Shown: in pieces, positions 60,813 through 64,000 of the stretch
How the letters are laid out: each line of letters begins with the position of its first letter
Numbering within the stretch: position 1 is the first letter of the stretch
Assembly: GCA_022813865.1 (NCBI GenBank)
Contig: JALDZX010000029.1
Location: 124,001-188,000, forward strand
From: Xylographa opegraphella
Taxonomy: Eukaryota
Direction of reading: 5' to 3'
DNA: 64,000 bases
Program-made: the position numbers and the translations under genes
Notes under the pieces: generated by a model
Database searches by the model: none
Seen by the model: the letters and a program-made list of their open reading frames with translations, nothing else
What the model was told of the DNA's origin: nothing

Positions 60813-62886
60813 CTAAGAGTAACTCACAATGTTCCACAACGCTGATATCCTCTCGCCCATCCTTTCTCCATATCCCAAACCCACGACTCCCTTACAGACT
60901 TCCCACGCTCTACCCGCATTATTTATAGGATAATCTACCGCGCCCGGTATCGCCGTGTTGATCCATGCCGGAAAACGATCTCTGCACACGCTCTTCGTGT
61001 TACAGATCGCTCTCAAGCCTTCCTCTCCGGCAAACCTTCCATACCCACTGCCTCCAACGCCGCCAAACGGCAGCTGCACAGCGTAGTATACAGCGAAGTC
61101 GTTCACGCTGACCATGCCGGCCTTAACATTCGCGACGACAATGTCGAGATCTTTTGTCGAGGAGCCGAAAACGCTGGCGCCGAGGGCGTACATGGTGGAA
61201 TTGGCGAGTGTGATGGCGGATGGGAGAGAGTCCGCGCGCATGAGGAGGCAGATGGGGCCGAAGCACTCTTCCTGAGCGATGCGCATGGAGGGAAGAACGT
61301 CCACGAGGAGGGTAGGGGAAAAGTAGTGGCCTTTTGGGTAAGTTGGATGGAGGTAGCGCTTGCCGCCGACGAGGAGTCGCGCGCCTTGAGAGACGGCTTC
61401 GGCAATGAGGGCTTCGAGGCGGGGAAACGATTCGGCGGAGATCATGGCTCCAACGTCAACCTCCGGGTCTTCGAGAGTGGAGCCGAGGCGGAGAGTCTTA
61501 ATTCGGGTTTCAAGGAGTGAGACCAGCTGCGGATAGATGGCCTTGAGGGTGATGATACGCTCGATACCGATGCAATTCTGTCCGGCGGATTGGAAGACAC
61601 CGCGCATGAGGATTGAGGCTACTTTCGGCAAGTTCTTGACATCGTCGAGGATGATCGCAGGGTCCTTGCCACCGAGTTCTACACAGACCGGAGTAAGCGA
61701 CTTTGCTGCCGAGGCGCAGACGGAGTGAGCAACGGGACGAGAGCCAATGAAGGTGATATGGCCGATATCTGGGTGGGATGTCAAATGATTAGCAGTTTGG
61801 GGCCAGCAGACAATGGACTGGACGAGCTGAGGAGAGTGTCCACAGGCAGCAAGAGATGCGCGCGCAATCGAGCTGAAGTACTGAGACGACCAGGCCGTAC
61901 GTTCGGAAGCTTTGACAATGATAGCGGAACCTGTAAAGAGTGTTGATATTATGGGCCCAATAAGATTGTGGAACTAAGGGCTTTAGCACAAGGGTTGGCG
62001 GTGTAGAAGACGGAACGGTAGCATACCGGATAGCTTTCGAAGTCAGCAGGACGTCCTTTAAGCTGCAATGAAAACATCTCACTTCCAGCTCACACAAGCG
62101 GCCACGACTCCTAGCGGCTCCCATCTGACCTCGTTATACTTGTACATCATCAGGAAATTCGACGGCCTTCGCTCCGATCTCAGTGCTTTTTCTCCATGTT
62201 GTATTGTCCACTTCAGTTTTTCTGCAGTAACAAGGATCTCCCCAAAGCTCGCATCAACCTTTGTCTTCCCCGAATCCAAGCAAGCCACGGTAGCGATCGT
62301 GTCCTGATTTCGTAGGATGTACCTAAAAATTGCCGTTCGTGAGCTTCTGGTCTGAAGGTGTTAGATATTTGGAACGTAATGGTATGACTGACCTCAACAT
62401 AGTCTTCAAGACTCTTCTCCTCTGCCCCCATGTTGTTTTCGCCCATTTCACCTGCGCTTCCTTTGCTTTTGCAATTGCTCTGTCTATTCCATCCGAGGTG
62501 GTAGGATTGAAGTTGGCAAGAAGCCTACCATTAGCAGGGCAGTAGCATTGTATTGCACTTGACCCAGAGACCTTCGTAAAAGATACCACTTAGCAATTGC
62601 GACATATAGTTAAAGATTCAAGAAACGTTCTATTTACCTTTATATTTGGGTTGTCAAGAACTTCCCCTACCCATGCTGGCGAGCATTGCTCAGGTATCGG
62701 CACGGTAAAATTCACAGGCAACTCATCCTCATCGGTTAAAACAGTGTAGGTGAGAATTGTATATATAAATGCTATCACAATGAAGCTTGAAATTATTGCG
62801 ACCCAAGGTACTGACTTTGATGGGAACAATTCACGATACGGACGATCGAAGAGATCGAGCATAAATTGCCCGGCAAGGCGCTCCAT
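60813..62886 (-). CDS. MSC7: Aldehyde dehydrogenase with N-terminal TM anchor, MSC7-like
   Basis: IQCYCPANG, DASFGEILVTAEKLKW, EPLGVVAACVSWN, FIGS, ELGGKD, GQNCIG, EECFGP, LPFGGVGGSGYGRFAGEEGL. Confidence 0.88.
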
Positions 62887-63397
62887 GTTCTTGTTTTGTG
62901 ACGACTGAACGCCTTGCACACAGCTAACTTTGTCAGGGAATTTGTTTAGGGCTGTTCGCATTGCTTGTCGATAAAATTCATGCCGCTAAAATTCATGCCG
63001 CTTGCCGAACTTAGCGCTTGTCGACTAACCTATTTTGCTTAGCACGTCATATCTTGAGCGGGTAACACGCTTAACACTCACTGTGCTCAGCAATTTGCCA
63101 CAACAGGCTCACATCGCGCTTAACACGTACCGCCTTTAACGCTTGCCGCTGTAGGACGTGAGTCTTCTTGATGGATAGGTACATTATATAAGAAGGCAAT
63201 GCATTTCTATCGTAATACAAAAGCAAATTCAACGACTATTGACTGATCCTCGCCTCAAAGTCCTCCTGGCTGAGCAGCCCATGCTCATATAAAACGACAC
63301 TAACTTCCAGAGAATCTGATCTCAGTGATTCAATGCTTTGCCTGAGCACCTTTCGGTCAGCAGTTGTTCTCTTCTCCATGCTTTGAGATTGTTAAGA

Positions 63398-63713
63398 TTA
63401 CCATAAAGCACTTTCTGCTGGCTGCTGCCTGTCCTTTCGTTTCCTTAACTCGGCATCGCTGAGAGTTCCCGCTGCAACATTCAGCGTGTTCTGAACGGAA
63501 CTGGTGGTTTTAGTGGTGGAGAAGTAGGCGTTGAGTTTCTGAGTGATTGCATTGTGATTGAGGTTTCCAAATCGTCTCAGAATCATTGCGTGCTCGAGCT
63601 CCAGCCGCGTCCTCTCCAGTGTCAATATAAAGCTCCATAGAAAATTTGGGTTCAACTACTTACCATAGATGTCTTCCATTCGTAGTACCAGCAAGGTTGG
63701 TGCGGGTTGACAT
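63398..63713 (-). CDS. Small Myb/SANT-like protein (~87 aa)
   Basis: Exon 63664-63713, GTAAGT..TTGAC..GAG intron, exon from 63611. Gives MSTRTNLAGTTNGRHLWTRLELEHAMILRRFGNLNHNAITQKLNAYFSTTKTTSSVQNTLN. The 3' end may splice further to ~63325. Confidence 0.5.
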
Positions 63714-64000
63714 GATGACGATCGAGGTAGATGTGAGAGGAGTGATCGGTTTTGGGCCGAGGATGATGATGGGCAAGGTGGTTGATAAGTTCGAAAATGA
63801 TGTTGGAAGTTGGATGAAGGATGAAGGAAGGAAGATGAAGCATGCTTATAAACTAGGATGAGAGCGCTAAGGAAGCCACATGTGTATAGTGAATAATTCG
63901 AGCAATATAGCCGACCAAATCCAGGGGATTCCAGAATGTGGGTACTTGGAATTGTGTTCTTGTTTTCGCTCCTTGATGAATCATTGATAGATTTTCGCAC

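Noticed and set aside
62972..63001. Tandem 15-bp duplication TAAAATTCATGCCGC upstream of the MSC7-like gene
   Set aside because: Only two copies; most simply a local slippage duplication.

Overview
A 64-kb stretch of a filamentous ascomycete (Pezizomycotina) nuclear genome. The evidence is intron-rich genes with GT(A/C)AGT donors, CTRAC branch points and YAG acceptors, plus a Zn2Cys6 factor and a WSC domain. No tRNA, rRNA or CRISPR was recognised. About 23 protein genes can be spliced by eye. The housekeeping genes are MIR1, PAP1, RPS5, SDA1, RPL14, EGD2, ATP7, YIF1, SRP101 and an MSC7-like ALDH. The enzymes are a GH13_5 alpha-amylase, a flavin-reductase-like protein, a homoserine-acetyltransferase-like hydrolase, a DUF2235 hydrolase and a FAD oxidase. 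There is also a Zn2Cys6 transcription factor, a DPR dehydrin-like protein and several small orphan proteins. The standout is a 17-exon gene at 8781-11707, invisible as a whole in the ORF track. It encodes signal peptide + N-terminal domain + about 112 Gly-X-Y collagen triplets + WSC domain. Its collagen stalk is assembled largely from 12 micro-exons of 17-41 nt that were duplicated together with their introns. As assembled, it carries two 1-bp frameshifts, one Gly-to-Glu change and a GC donor. Just downstream is a nested repeat island containing two pairs of inverted repeats, two related solo LTRs (one with a perfect 5-bp TSD) and an assembly gap. Other notable items are a Kex2-type prepro-peptide with an 8-Cys core, a 64-aa lipidated amphipathic protein, a 62-aa Cys-rich protein, a Myb-like mini-gene, recurring C-rich to G-rich skew switches and a repeated CTTATCGATAAG palindrome in divergent promoters. 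All family assignments come from motif recognition, not database searches.
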